Assembly (NCBI GenBank): GCA_963693365.1
Contig: CAVNZM010000015.1
Coordinates: forward strand, 5,712,624 to 5,776,623
Reading direction: 5' to 3'
DNA from: Amoebidium appalachense
Lineage: Eukaryota; Protista; Ichthyosporea
Length of the DNA stretch: 64,000 nucleotides
Part shown: positions 47,871-61,507 of the stretch, piece by piece
Position numbering within the stretch: position 1 is the first letter of the stretch
How the letters are laid out: each line of letters starts with the position of its first letter
The notes under the pieces: model-generated
Seen by the model: the letters and a program-made list of their open reading frames with translations, nothing else
What the model was told of the DNA's origin: nothing
The model's database searches: none
Program-made: the position numbers and the translations under genes

Positions 47871-48359
47871 GGTGCACAGCTTGTTTGGGAAACACAAACA
47901 TAGTTGCATTCATGCGCTTTTTGTTTGTGCAAATATTACACACTTCCAGAAGTGCGATCCCAGATAGCTTTACTAAGGCAAGACCTTGATTTTTCTTGTT
48001 AGCCTTTTGTTCGTACGTGCAAAAGTGTACATGTTAGGCACAAATGTGCGGAGACGCAAGATGTTTCACCTTACATACATTCGGACCGGTATCTATGATT
48101 AGCTTTTATTCTGTAGCAGGTGTATATACAGCTCCACCAAAGCAAGCAATTGTAGCTGTAAGTAGACACGCATGCACAAGAATGCACCTACTAGGCAACC
48201 AGCTAGGTGGCCAAAGCACACAAACACACGCACTATTGCATAGCCAAATGTGTGCCCATATGGCCAGTCACAGGCGAGCAAGCAGACTACTGTACTGACC
48301 CTATTTCCACACAGACATTTGCACGGCGCAACAGTGTGAGCCACAACAGCCGTTGCATC

Positions 48360-48586
48360 ATGGTGGGTGTCTGGGTGTGAACGAGGCACATGCATAGGTT
48401 AGACAGGGTCCGACTTTTGCTTTTGAATGATTAGGAAGACAGGCACGTCCTTTCGGAGTTTAAAAAAGAACTTTTGGAGAGTTCTCGTGGAGGAAAGTGT
48501 TTTTTTTTTTTTTGGAGGGGGTGGGGGGGGGTGGGGGGGGGGAGGAGGAGGGGGGATTGGGGGAGGGGGGAAGGGGTGGTGTGTGT

Positions 48587-48617
<31 letters not shown>

Positions 48618-49667
48618 GGGGGGGGGAAGGGGGGAAGTTGATTTTTGAGGCTGGGACTCGTACATGGGTGCATCCGTGCACAGTGTACGAATGATTGCAT
48701 GCATGATCACCCCCCCCCCCCCCCCCCCCATCCCTCCCCCCATCCCCCCCCCCCCCCCCCCCCCCTCCCCCCCCTCACTCCCTTTTCCATTCCTTGGGCG
48801 GTCTTTCGGAAACTATTTATAAAGTTTTGGAAATTCCAAAACGGTCTTTTCGTAAATTCGAACTCTCAGTTTGCCACGTGCACTTACTAACTGTTTGCTT
48901 TGTGCAGGGGCGGCCGTTGTTCAAGCGGGACCTATCTGCGCTGCAGGACAGACTCACAGCCAACGCCCCCAGGGTGGGCCGCACCACAGAGGCCACCGTG
49001 ACACGTGGGTGCCACGTGGGTGCACGTTCTACACGGGGGTGCACGTGGGTGCACGTTCTACACGGGGGTGCACGTGCTGACAGGGGGTGGGGGTGGGGCA
49101 GGTGCAAGGGCGGGGGACAATGATGGGGAGGTGTTGTTTGATGTCGCAGTCAAGGGCCGCACCTACTCGGTCTGTGTGTCTGTCGACACGGGTATCCCTC
49201 TCCCCCCCCCCCCCCCTCCCCCCCCCCCCCCCCCCCCTTCCCCCCGGCCCTCCCGCCCACATCACAACCACCACCACCACCACCACATTCCAGAACTCAC
49301 CCAAGCTACCGCCCCACCTTCCCCCTCCTCTCTCCTCCCCCCCATACCCTCCTACCGTATTTCTGCTGGATGGCACTTCCTTCAGCAGATAGTATGAAGA
49401 ATAACGAGTGGTTTCACTGTCCCCCCCCCCTCACTCCCCTCTAGCGTGCGACTATATACGTTCATGCATGCACGCACCAGCATGGTGTTGCTTGTCGGGC
49501 ACTGCACTTGCATGGCACGATACCACGGGGCTCTTTGCGCCTTTACGGTGCTCTATGTCAGGATATTGGGCTATACATGGCTCCTTGGGTGATCTAAAAT
49601 ATGCCTCTGCCGCCAGGCCGCACACATACATGCAGGCAGATTTCAGCACTAATTGCATTCACCCTAT

Positions 49668-49700
<33 letters not shown>

Positions 49701-50885
49701 AAGCTACCCCAAGCAGGACTTTGCAAATGCCTACCTGGAAGACGACGTGGAAGGTGAGCACACACATGCTTGTCTGCAAGTGCCTGCTCGTTGCCGCTAT
49801 GCTGCCTGCTGGTGATGGGAAGTAGGGTCCATGTATATGTAGAAATGGGCATGTGTATGCGGGAGGGGGTGTTTGGGGGGGAGGGGGGGGGGGGGGGAAG
49901 GGCGGGTTGGGGCCGATATACATCGGGGGTCGGGGGGAGAACGGGGGGAGGGGGGGGGGGGGGGGGGGGGCACTTATCAGGCTGATAGTATAAGCAGGAC
50001 TGGGTTGATAATGGGTGGCTATGTGTGTGGGACACTATAGCAATCAATAAATGAATCAGTAAACATATTCCTGCAGAGGCCTTTGTGCTGGAGGCAGTGC
50101 AGCAGCTGGACTGCAGTGGGCCCATAGACGCCATTGCCGGCAGAATCGAGGTGGCCCTGGGCAACAGCCGCAGCCGCATCACGTATGCACCCCACTATGT
50201 GCTAGTGTCTGCTTGCATGCATACTATCTATGGGCCACACTGTCTGGGTGCTTTGCTGTGTGTGTGAGCTTGCATGGGCCTGCCTACTGGAGCAGTGTGT
50301 CTGCATGTCTGCCCGTGCACATCCAGGGCCTGCTAATGTACACGTGCACATAGCCCCCGCACCCTCTGCCTGCCTGTCTGCACGTGCACATGCTTCACCT
50401 TAGAACATCACGCTCACCCCCCCCCTCCACTCCAGGGCAACTGCATGCAAGGCGCAGGCGCACCTGTCCTCCAGCAGTCATCTGTGCTGCCAGGTTGCAG
50501 CAGTCAATGCATGCAACAGCCACTGCCAGGCCGCCATCCTGACCCCCCTGGGCCAGATCCTACTGGCCGTAAAGGTAGTGGGCACTGGTTGGTGGTGCAA
50601 TGGCTGCATGCCTTTGGCTGAGACTGTGTATGTGTGCATTGGCTGTATGCTATTGGCTGAGAGTGTTGCTGTGTGCAATGGCTGCATGCTATTGGCTGAG
50701 ACTATGCATGCACGTGCAGGCCGACATACGGTGGCTGCTGCAGCTGGAGGACACCGTGCTGGACGCATGGGGCATCCCGGTAGCACCCCTGCACTATAGA
50801 ACATACCACGCCCTACCCATCCCGTCCTTTCACCCCTTACTGCTCCTTTAAAAGTTCTGATCGATGACTCCCCTTAGCTTATCCC

Positions 50886-50924
<39 letters not shown>

Positions 50925-53900
50925 CTCCCTCTCTGTTGCTCCTTTTACTGAAAAAGAAAGAAGAAGACCCCCCCTTCCCTCTCCCCACTCCCTGCCATGC
51001 TGCATGCACCACACCGGCTTGCAGGCATGCTCTATGTTCCTTAGGTTACAATACTTCCAGCTAGCACGCCATTCACCCACCGTGCATGCATGGCCACATG
51101 TGTTGCCCCTAACCAGTGTGCCCAGGGGGACAGCCACCTGGTAGTGTCTGCCACCATGCCGTCAGTGGTGCGCTATGGCCAATCCCCCCAGCACACAGCA
51201 ATCAGCTTCCACGTCACCCTGCTGCCTGGCTCCATTGAAACAACACCCCTGCACGGTGAGAAGCTCCCCCCTTCCATCTCCCAAGGGGGTAGGCTCTTTA
51301 GTTCCATATTTGCCAGCGGGGCCCTTTCGTGCAACCCCCCCCCCCCCCCCCCCCCCCCCCCGCCCCCTGCATCCCTCCCCCTCCCCCTTAAGAACATGTG
51401 CGCACACGGCTAACACCCAAACTGCAACCCACCCACGCACCCTCGGCCCTTGCCATGTGCAGGCTACAACACGTACAAGTTTACATCCCTCTCCTTCCAT
51501 ATTGAATGTGGCGATATCCTTCTTATGCCTCCCCCTTTCCCTCCTGCCTACGTGGAAGCCCCCCAAGCCCCCCCCCCCCCCCCTCCCCCCTCTCCCCCCC
51601 CCCCCCCCCCCCTCTCCCCCCCCCCCCCCCCCCCCCCTCCCCCTATCCTTTCCCCTTCTGGCTCTCTGGGGTGCACAGCGCAAATCCAGAAAATCCGCCA
51701 AATCTCCCGCTATCCTTGTGGTGACAGGGTTTGTGTGTGTTGCCGAAGATTCATGTGTGCGTTATAGATCATTAGCTCTGTGTGTTTTTCTTACATGTAG
51801 TTGTGCAGATGCAGACCTTGTCAAGCACCTTGGAGACCAGGGCAGGGCCATCCACTTTGCACAGGCTTGGACCCTCAAGGACCGCCTAGACCACGACCTA
51901 CTCACTGTATGTGCCAGGAGAGGGGAGAGGGGGGTGGGGGTGGGGGGAGGGGAGGGGTCAGTGAATGTGTTTCGTTATATGTGGCTAGGTGGGTGTCGGG
52001 GTGTCGGGGTGTGTGGTGTGGCCATAGATGGGTGGGTGTGGTTCCTGCATGGATGGACGGGTATGTGGACATGGGTAGTTGGGTGAGTGGGTGTTCAGAA
52101 ATGGGTGGGAATGTGTGTAGCCTTTTCCCCGCGTAACAGTTGAGTTGGTATTGGTGGGGACAAGTAAGTGGGTGTGTGGTGGATGCTGATGCTGCCGTGT
52201 GGCGTTATCGGCGTGAATGCTTGTTGCGCATGTGGGTGCTGGTTTGTGTGCATGTGCATGTGTGTGCCCTGTGTTGCTGCCACCCACTCCTGTTGCTGAC
52301 AGCATGTGCAGCTGATGGAGCTGCGCTGCAAGCACGACCTTGTCTGGGGCGGTGCCTCCCATGTGCTCACCCAGGCTAAAAAGGGTCATGCCGTGGACAA
52401 CGCCTTGCTGGCCCAGGCACGTGCCCTGGATGACAGGGATGCGCAGAGGTAGGGGCACGGGGGGAGGGGAAGGGGAAGGGGGGGGGGGGGGGGGGTGGGG
52501 AAAAGAAGGGGACGGGGACTATAAAGAAGGGAAGGTACGGGATAGGGGGACATGAGGGCATTGTGGTGACCCTAGTGAGCAGCGGGCACCAGTCTGTCAG
52601 CTGCACGCTGGTGCAGGGCATCATCGAGTACGTGCAGTGGCTCATGGCCCAGTCCAGCAAGGTCTGCCCCATCTGCAGGGCCGACCATCCCCTGCCCCTC
52701 ATCAAGCCCTCCGTATGTGCTGACCCCCTGTGCATCTTCCAGGCACGACTACCCCCCCTCCCCAGCGGGTCTATAATTAGCCCCCAGTGCTGACTTTCAT
52801 TGCAGTCCCAGGAACTGTGCCTGGGCCCAGACATCGACCACGAGGTGCTGCATGCCCCCGAGGTGTGCCCCCTGCCCCCTGGTGTGGCAGTGTGCACGTG
52901 CACGCCCTGACTGTGTGCACGCGCATGCCCTGGCTCAGTGCACGTGCATGCCCTGACTGTGCACGTGCATGCCCTGGCTGTGTGCACGCGCATGCCCTGG
53001 CTCAGTGCACGTGCATGCCCTGACTGTGCACGTGCATGCCCTGGCTGTGTGCACGTGCATGCCCTGACTGTGCACATGCATACCCTGGCTCAGTGCATGT
53101 GCATGCCCTGACTGTGCACGTGCATGCCCTGGCTGTGTGCACGCGCATGCCCTGGCTCAGTGCACGTGCATGCCCTGGCTGTGCACGCGCATGCCCTGGC
53201 TGTGTGCACGCGCATGCCCTGGCTGTGTGCACGCGCATGCCCTGACTGTGCACGTGCAGGCCCTGACTGTATGCACGTGCAGGCCCTGGCTGTGCACGTG
53301 CATGCCCTGGCTGTGTGCACGTGCATGCCCTGGCTGTGCACGTGCATGCCCTGGCTGTGCACGTGCATGCCCTGACTGTGCACGTGCATGCCCTGGCTGT
53401 GCACGTGCATGCCCTGGCTGTGTGCACGTGCATGCCCTGGCTGTGCACGTGCATGCCCTGACTGTGCACGTGCATGCCCTGGCTGTGTGCACGTGCATGC
53501 CCTGACTGTGTATTCCTATAAGGTGGTCGAGCTGCTACTGAACATGATGCTGGCTGCTGCAACAGAGCACGTCAACTCCCAGGCCAATTTGCCTGTCAGG
53601 CTGCCTGTATGTGCATGTGCATGCACCCCCCCCTCATGCAGCCAAACAACCTAAGCTAAGTGTTGGTGTATGCAGCGTGTGGCCAAGGATCTTGGGCCGA
53701 GGGACTATGTTGATCTGCTGCAGCGTATGCCCCCAGTGCAGGACATGCGGGGTTGGCTGCTGCAGGGAAAGTCCCTATCCCAGGTAGTGCAACCCCCCCC
53801 CCCCCCCCCCCCTCCCCCACAGGCACAGGCAAGAGGCTGCATGCTTACGGGGCGAGTCAGGAGCTGAACCGGATCGACAGTGGGCTGTACCCGGTGCTGC

Positions 53901-56900
53901 GCTATGCCGTCAGCAGTAACCGCACCCACCTCAAGCTGCTGCCCGACACCCATGGCCTTATGGCGGTATGTGCATGCTGGCCTGGGCCTGGCTATGTACA
54001 CCAAGTACTAATGGGCCCCTGCAGCTCACAGACAACCCCCCTGGCTACTACGGTGGCGGCTACGCTGCAGGCCACTACGGCCGCCCAGGTACGGCCCAGG
54101 GCACGGCCAGGCAGTTTCTGGTCGTTAGCGGCACCCCTGAGAAGGAGGCTAGGTTCCGGGCGGCTGCAAGAGAGGCCAGGACAAGCGGTGGGGGTGGGGA
54201 TTGGGGGATTTGGGGGGGGGGGGGGGGGGGGGGGGACGCGCTGGCTAACTGGCGCACACAGGGGGCACAGGCACGTTCTTTGCATTCCACGGCAGCAGGT
54301 GCAAAAACTGGCACTCCATCATGCGCACAGGTGGGTGTTGTGAGGTGGTCAGGCTGGCTGGGGCTGAGCCTAATGTGCATTGCAGGGCTCAACTTTAGGG
54401 ATATCGTCAATGGCCGGGCATACGGTAACGGCATCTACATGGCCCCTGACTTGCAGACCTCCACGAGCTACTCAAGCAGTGTGGATGCAAAGGGCAACCG
54501 GGTAGGTAGGGCACATGGGCCATGCCCTTGTGTCCTTGCATGCACACTGACACTACCTGGGTGGCAGTACGTGGCCGTGTGCGAGGTGGTCGACCGCAAG
54601 AAAGAGTTCGTCTCACAGGTGCATGCCTTAAACTGACTGTGTGCATGTACCGACTGTGTGCATGCACTGACTGTGTGCACGTGCTGACTGTGTGCATGCA
54701 CTGACTGTGTGCATGCACTGGCTGTGTGCATGTGCTGACTGTGTGCATGTGCTGACTGTGTGCATGTGAGTCGACTGTGTGCATGTGAGTCGACTGTGTG
54801 CATGTGCTGACTGTGTGCACGTGCTGACTGTGTGCATGCACTGACTGTGTGCATGCACTGACTGTGTGCATGCACTGACTGTGTGCATGCACTGGCTGTG
54901 TGCATGTGCTGACTGTGTGCATGTGCTGACTGTGTACGTGTGCTGACTGGGTGCATGCACTGGCTGTGTGCATGTGCTGACTGTGTGCATGTGCTGACTG
55001 TGTGCATGTGCTGACTGGGTGCATGCACTGGCTGTGTGCATGTGCTGGCTGTGTGCATGTGCTGACTGTGTGCATGTGCTGACTGGGTGCATGTACTGGC
55101 TGTGTGCATGTGCTGACTGGGTGCATGCACTGGCTGGGTGCATGCACTGACTGTGTGCATGTGCTGACTGTGTGCATGCACTGGCTGGGTGCATGCACTG
55201 GCTGGGTGCATGTGCTGACTGGGTGCAACCACTGGCTGTGTGCAACCACTGGCTGTGTGCAACCACTGGCTGTGTGCATGCACTGGCTGGGTGCATGTGC
55301 TGACTGGGTGCAACCACTGGCTGTGTGCAACCACTGGCTGTGTGCATGCACTGGCTGTGTGCATGCACTGGCTGTGTGCATGCACTGGCTGGGTGCATGC
55401 ACTGGCTGGGTGCATGCACTGGCTGTGTGCATGCACTGACTGTGTGCATGCACTGACTGGGTGCATGCACTGGCTGTGTGCATGCACTGGCTGTGTGCAT
55501 GCACTGACTGGGTGCATGTGCTGACTGGGTGCATGCACTGGCTGTGTGCAACCACTGGCTGTGTGCATGCACTGGCTGTGTGCATGCACTGGCTGTGTGC
55601 ATGCACTGGCTGTGTGCATGCACTGGCTGGGTGCATGCACTGGCTGTGTGCATGCACTGACTGTGTGCATGTGCTGACTGTGTCATGCACTGACTGGGTG
55701 CATGCACTGACTGGGTGCATGCACTGGCTGGGTGCATGCACTGGCTGTGTGCATGCACTGGCTGTGTGCATGCGCTGACTGTGTGCATGCGCTGGCTGTG
55801 TGCATGCGCTGGCTGTGTGCATGCACTGGCTGTGTGCATGTGCTGGCTGTGTGCATGTGCTGACTGTGTGCATGCACTGGCTGTGTGCATGTGCTGACTG
55901 TGTGCATGTGCTGGCTGTGTGCATGCACTGGCTGTGTGCATGTGCTGGCTGTGTGCATGCACTGGCTGTGTGCATGTGCTGGCTGTGTGCATGTGCTGAC
56001 CCCTGGCCCCGTGACCCATAGAACCCGTACTATGTGGTGAGCGAGGTGGATTGGGTGCAAGTGCGCTACCTGCTGGTCATCCCGGTATACCCCCTTGCAT
56101 ACAGCCTCCCCCAGCTATCTACGCACGTGCATGCATGGCCTGCCCACCAAGCCACTTGCCTGGCATTCACACACATCCGTGCATAGCCAACCCGAATCCA
56201 TAAACCCTACACTGCTGTTGTGTAGGTGCTGGTTGTTGAGGCCCATGTACACACCCTGCCAGGCCATTGACCATGTGCACGTGCAGGGGCACAAGCAGGC
56301 CACGGTCAATCTGCAGGTGGCGGCTGCAGGAGCCGGTCAGATTGCCCCCTCCATCCGCCCACACAGCCCCACCAGTGAGGCCTCCCGCCTGCTGCTGCCC
56401 CTGCCCGTGCCCACTGGTACGTGCCCCTGCACGTCTGTGCCCCTGTACGGGTGCCCCTGTACGTCCCTGCATGTGCCCCCCGTCATGTGCTCCTATACGT
56501 GTGTGCCCCTGCGTGTGCCCCCTGGTACGTGCCCTTGCTTATGCTCCCTAGTACGTGTCCCTGTGTGCCCCGGCCTACGTGCCCATGTACGTGTGTGCCC
56601 CGGTGCCCCTGGCTGTGCCCCCCAGTACGTGCCCCTGTGTGCGTTTGGCTCTGGCGGGCATGAGCAGATGCAAGCTTTGTGTACAAGGGGCATTGCCGGC
56701 ACAGGCAACCTGGTGGTGGCCAAGGGCACTGACTGACACGGTTGCAGGCCACACGTGCGACATGACGCTGGAGGACATGGGCACGCTGATAATGGACTCG
56801 GACGGAGAGAGTGCCCCTGCAGAAGTACACATCCCTCCGTATCCCCCCCTTCCCCTCCCCCCCCCCCCCCCCCCCCCCCACCACCACCACCAAACATGCC

Positions 56901-59761
56901 CCCCTCCCCCCCCCACCCCCCCCCTCCGGCCCCCTCCCGCCCTTCCCACCTGTCCTCACCTCACCCCCCCTGTTTTTCGTGTGTTGTCAGCAAGGCAATA
57001 GCTAGGCGCAGGTGCTGACACTGAGGGGAATAGGAGTCTGAGCAGAGCGAGGATGACTATGAGCTGGATGAAGAGATGCCCCCACCAGAGAGGATGTACG
57101 TGCCACAGGCACGCGGATACATGCGCATATATAGCCGTGCACGGTTGCCTGTGCATGCACACACACACAGGCACGCGGATACATGCGCATATATGGCCGT
57201 GCACGGTTGCCTGTGCATGCACACACACACAGGCACGCGGATACATGTGCATATATGGCCGTGCACGGTTGCCTGCGCATGCACACACACACAGGCACGC
57301 GGATACATGTGCATATATGGCCGTGCACGGTTGCCTGTGCATGCACACACACACAGGCACGCGGATACATGCGCATATATGGCCGTGCACGGTTGCCTGT
57401 AACCGTGCACGGTAACCGTGCACGGCCAGGCACACGGGCATGTACACGTATGCACACACAGGCACATGGGCACACGGGCATGCACACACATACTCGTACA
57501 CATCTACACATGGGCATGCACATAAGCACACAGTAAGGTGTGCATATGCACATACACACAGGCACCCGGGCACCTGGGCATATGCACACAAAAACATACA
57601 TATGGACACGTGGGTATGAACATAGGCACAGGATACATGTGCATGCATATACATACACAGGCACACACGCACACAATCATGCACACGTATACACAGGAAC
57701 GCAGGCACACGGGCATGCACACACATACACCGGCACACACGCACACGGATACCTGTGCACACACATACACAGGCACACACGCACACCGATTACCTATGCA
57801 CACACACACACAGGCACAAGGGCACATGGGCATGCTCACACGTGCACATCTGCATGTAACACTGCATGCACACACACATGCACCTGTGCTTGCACGTGCA
57901 GGTCAACGGGCACATACCGGCACGACTCTGGGTGATTGCAGTGTAAATGCAGGAGCATGGGGCCACACATAGGCCAAAATGGCCTTATGGCCAGTCAGCC
58001 TGTCACGTGTGCCTGTATCTGGGATGTGAGCACTAATAAGTGGGGGTGAAGCAGCCGGCTGGACGAGGAGGAGAATGAAGAGCATGCCGCCATCCCGGTA
58101 CGTGCCTGTGCCCTGTTAACAGGGTGTGCACGGTGCTCACTTTGTTTTGCTACAGGTGGTGGACTACAGCACGCCGCAGGCCACCAAGGCGCTGCAGCAG
58201 CAGCTCAAGATCGTGCACAGGGACATGCAGGCCACAGCACCCACTGACCGCCACTACACCATGGACACAAGCAGTGTGGATAACCACTACAGGTGGAGGG
58301 TCAACCTCGTAAACTTCGAGTACGTGCACCACCACCACCAGCAGCATGCATGCATGTGCACTCTCATAAGCTCACGCGTGTCTGTGCACCTGTTTTGTAT
58401 GTACATTAGCAACGGTAATTCCCAGCAACCTGACTTCAAGTACGTGCATGCACACCCTTTGCCACATGCATACATATGCAATCATATACTCACTCACACA
58501 TGTGCACATAGCTTCATGCACCTTAGCAACGGTAAATCGTAGCAGCCTGGGGCAACCTCATGATTGGGACACACCACATGTGGTTGCAGGCAGGTTTTCA
58601 GCGCACGGTCACGCTTGGTGTGCGTATGCACCTTGCCACCCACCCATGTGCCTGTGTGTGTGCATGTGTGCTGGCTGACTGTGTGCACAGTGCCAGCCTG
58701 CCCCTAGCACGTGAGCTGCAGCAGCACGGGTACAGGGGGGTGGAGCTGGAGCTGCGGTTTGCACCCAACTACCCCTTCACCCCCCCCTTTGTGCGCATCA
58801 TCAGGCCTAGGTTCATGCAGCACATCCACGGGTACCTCCCCCCCCCTCCCCCTCCCCCCCCCCCCCCCCCCCCCCCCCCCCACCCCCCCCCCACCCCCCC
58901 GGATGATGGGCTTTGTTCAAGTGTCTTTGCCTGCACACTTAAATTGTTTGATTTCGGGTTTCTCATTTTTGTGACGTTTTATGGTTGTCCTTTGGTGGCT
59001 CCTCCAGATTCCCAACCCTCTAACGCATACATTATCCCCCCCCCCTCCCCCCCCCCCCCCCCCCCACCCCCTACCCCCCCCCCCCATCCCCCCCCCCCCG
59101 CGCCCCCGCGCCCCCTCCACCTACTCTCTTCCTGCCCCAGCACCAGCACTGCACCTCCTTTCCACACTTTTGTGTGCATGTGCTATGTATGCATGGTATT
59201 GTGTGTGTGCTGAGCTATGGCCCATGGGGGGATGCAGGGGGGAGGCAATGTGACACGGGGGGGCTCCATCTGCATGGACCTGCTGACGGACCAGGCATGG
59301 TCCCCGGTCTACACTATCCCTGCTGTGCTGCTGCAGGTGTGGCTGAGAGATGTTTGCTTGCTTAGGCCCTGGGGGTACCATTGATACCCTTGTCTGTGTA
59401 GGGGGGGGTAGTGTTTGTAGTATGTGTGTGTGTGGTGGTGGTGGGTGGGGGGGATAGGGGAGTGTAGTGTTCGTGTGTGTTTGAGGGGTGGGGGGTTGTA
59501 ATGTTTGTGTGCGTGTGTGATGGCACCGGGGGGAGGGGGAGGGAGGGGAAGGTAGTGGTTTTAGTGGTTGGAGGATTGTATGGTGACGTGTGGGCATTGC
59601 AGATCAAGATGGCACTGAGTGACACGGAGAGGCCAGCCAGACTCAACAGTGACCACGGCACAGCATATGGGGTGGGGGAGGCAGTGGAGGCATTCAGAAT
59701 CGTGGCTAGGGACCATGGTTGGCCTGTGCCTAAGGACTTCCTTCAATACTTCACTGAGTGA
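48360..59761 (+). CDS. PARP6/8-like mono-ADP-ribosyltransferase fused to a C-terminal UBE2Q-like ubiquitin-conjugating (E2) domain; >25 exons
   Basis: Spliced peptide M/GRPLFKRDLSAL..GDNDGEV..CPICRADH..KPSVCADPLCIFQ/SQELCLGPDIDHEV..VVELLL..MPPVQDMRGWL..LRYAVSSNRTHLKLLP..QFLVVSGTPEKEARFRAA..FFAFHGSRCKNWHSIMRT/GLNF..NGRAYGNGIYMA..S..YS..VAVCEVV../NPYYVVSEVDWVQVRYLLV..acidic linker..ATKALQQQL..DNHYRWRVNL..VELELRFAPNYPFTPPFVRIIRPRF../GGGNVTRGGSICMDLLTDQAWSPVYTIPAVLLQ/IKMAL..YGVGEAVEAF..HGW..* (TGA 59759-59761). ATG 48360 is inferred from ATG|GTGGGT. Confidence 0.9.
52890..53510. repeat. 21/23-bp intronic minisatellite
   Basis: CTG(TG)TGCACGTGCATGCCCTGG tandem units filling one PARP-E2 intron. 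Confidence 0.93.
54635..56000. repeat. 17-bp intronic minisatellite (~1.36 kb)
   Basis: GTGTGCATGCACTGGCT and variants, ~80 copies, interrupting the PARP catalytic domain. Confidence 0.95.
57105..57400. repeat. 62-bp intronic tandem repeat
   Basis: ACAGGCACGCGGATACATGCGCATATATGGCCGTGCACGGTTGCCTGTGCATGCACACACAC, ~5 copies. Confidence 0.93.
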
Positions 59762-61395
59762 CTGCATGCACACACAGTGCACCACACCATATGCACATCT
59801 GAACACAGTGCCAGGTGACTTGATTAAAGTTTGTTATGTTGCCAGTTTGAATGTGACGCTACAACTGCTACTGATGGATATAATGCATGTAAGCCATGAT
59901 TAATATCGTAATTACGCCTACATATTAAAACGCGCACATGGGCTGGATCCCGTTTATGTTTATTGCACTATTTACTATGCGAATGTTGTGCTCTTTTATT
60001 GTTAATTTTTATCTTTTTTTGTACTTGTACCTGGTATATTTATCCAAATACAGAAGCGCACACGCACATCCCATTGGACAGTGATTTAACTTCAAGCAAT
60101 AGAGTATGACAGCAATTTCTAGCCCTGGTGGTTGTCGGAATATCTAAACGTATGTGCATGGGTTCCAACGCTACCAAATCAAAGCGACCCCCCACCAACC
60201 ACCACCACCACGAACACACACACACAGGGTTTTTTACCTCGAAGGATATATATCCAGTGATGCACTAGCTAGGAATGAAATCCGGATCGACAGAGTAGAG
60301 AGAGACGCATTCATGCTGAGATGCCCTAGACTAGATCCGCTCGTAGAAAGAAATGTGAACGTAGGCCATTGCAATTGTGTGTGTGAATGTGCGCACAGCG
60401 GTGTGCACACGTGTAATTACATGTACATTCCTTTGTCTGTGTGTGTGCACATGTAAATGCCTGGTACATGTGGTGTGTGCATGCATATCTTTGGATGTGT
60501 GTTGGGGAGGCGATGTTAGGGGGGGGGGGGGGGGGGGGGGGAGGCCGGGGGAGGGGGTAGGGAAGGGAGATGAGGAGTTGGGGGGAGGGGGGAGGGGGGA
60601 GGGGGGAGGAATCCTCTGAACCACTGGGGTGTGGGTGTGGTCAGCTGGGACGTTCTCCAGAGGCCCGGGGGGGGGGGGGGGGGGGGGGGGGATGTACAGT
60701 TTTTGCTTGAATGGAACATCTACTGATGGTCAGATTACTTTTTACATTGGCAAGGCCATGCAGTGCATAACCGATCACAAAAAAACAAAAAAAAAACCAC
60801 AGAAAGAGACTCGTGACCAGCACGGGGTATGTGTGTTAAAACCAAAGGATTGTACACCTGTGTCATATGCACAGGGAAAGGGTGGCTGGAGGGTTAAAAA
60901 GAAATGGAATTTAAAGAGAATATGCTGCTCCGATAGTCAATACATGTCTTTTGTACAGAACGAGGCGAAGCCATGCACATGCGATACACTGTTCCCATCG
61001 GGTATTCAAAACACAGGCAGAGAATGAATAAAAATGTGTACTTGCGCGTTACTCAGGCTACCCCCCCCCCCCCCCCCCCCCCATATATATATATATATAT
61101 ATATATAAATCAATAAATAAATAAATAAACATAAACAAAAGAAAATCGAACCTATCCTTTAAACCCTATTACATTTTGTGTGTGAAAAGAAAGTAGAATG
61201 CTTGCTCAAACCAGGTTTTAATTTACACAGCCATTCAAAAAGCAACCAGGTATAGACACATTCGCATTGTGCGCTTAAATAGTATCTCGGGTGTGTGCAT
61301 GCAGGACGCACAAATCGAGACACACACGCCTACCTGCAGGGCACCAGTATGCTCATGTGTGTGCAGGCCTGTGTGTATATACACGCAATTGTACG

Positions 61396-61507
<112 letters not shown>

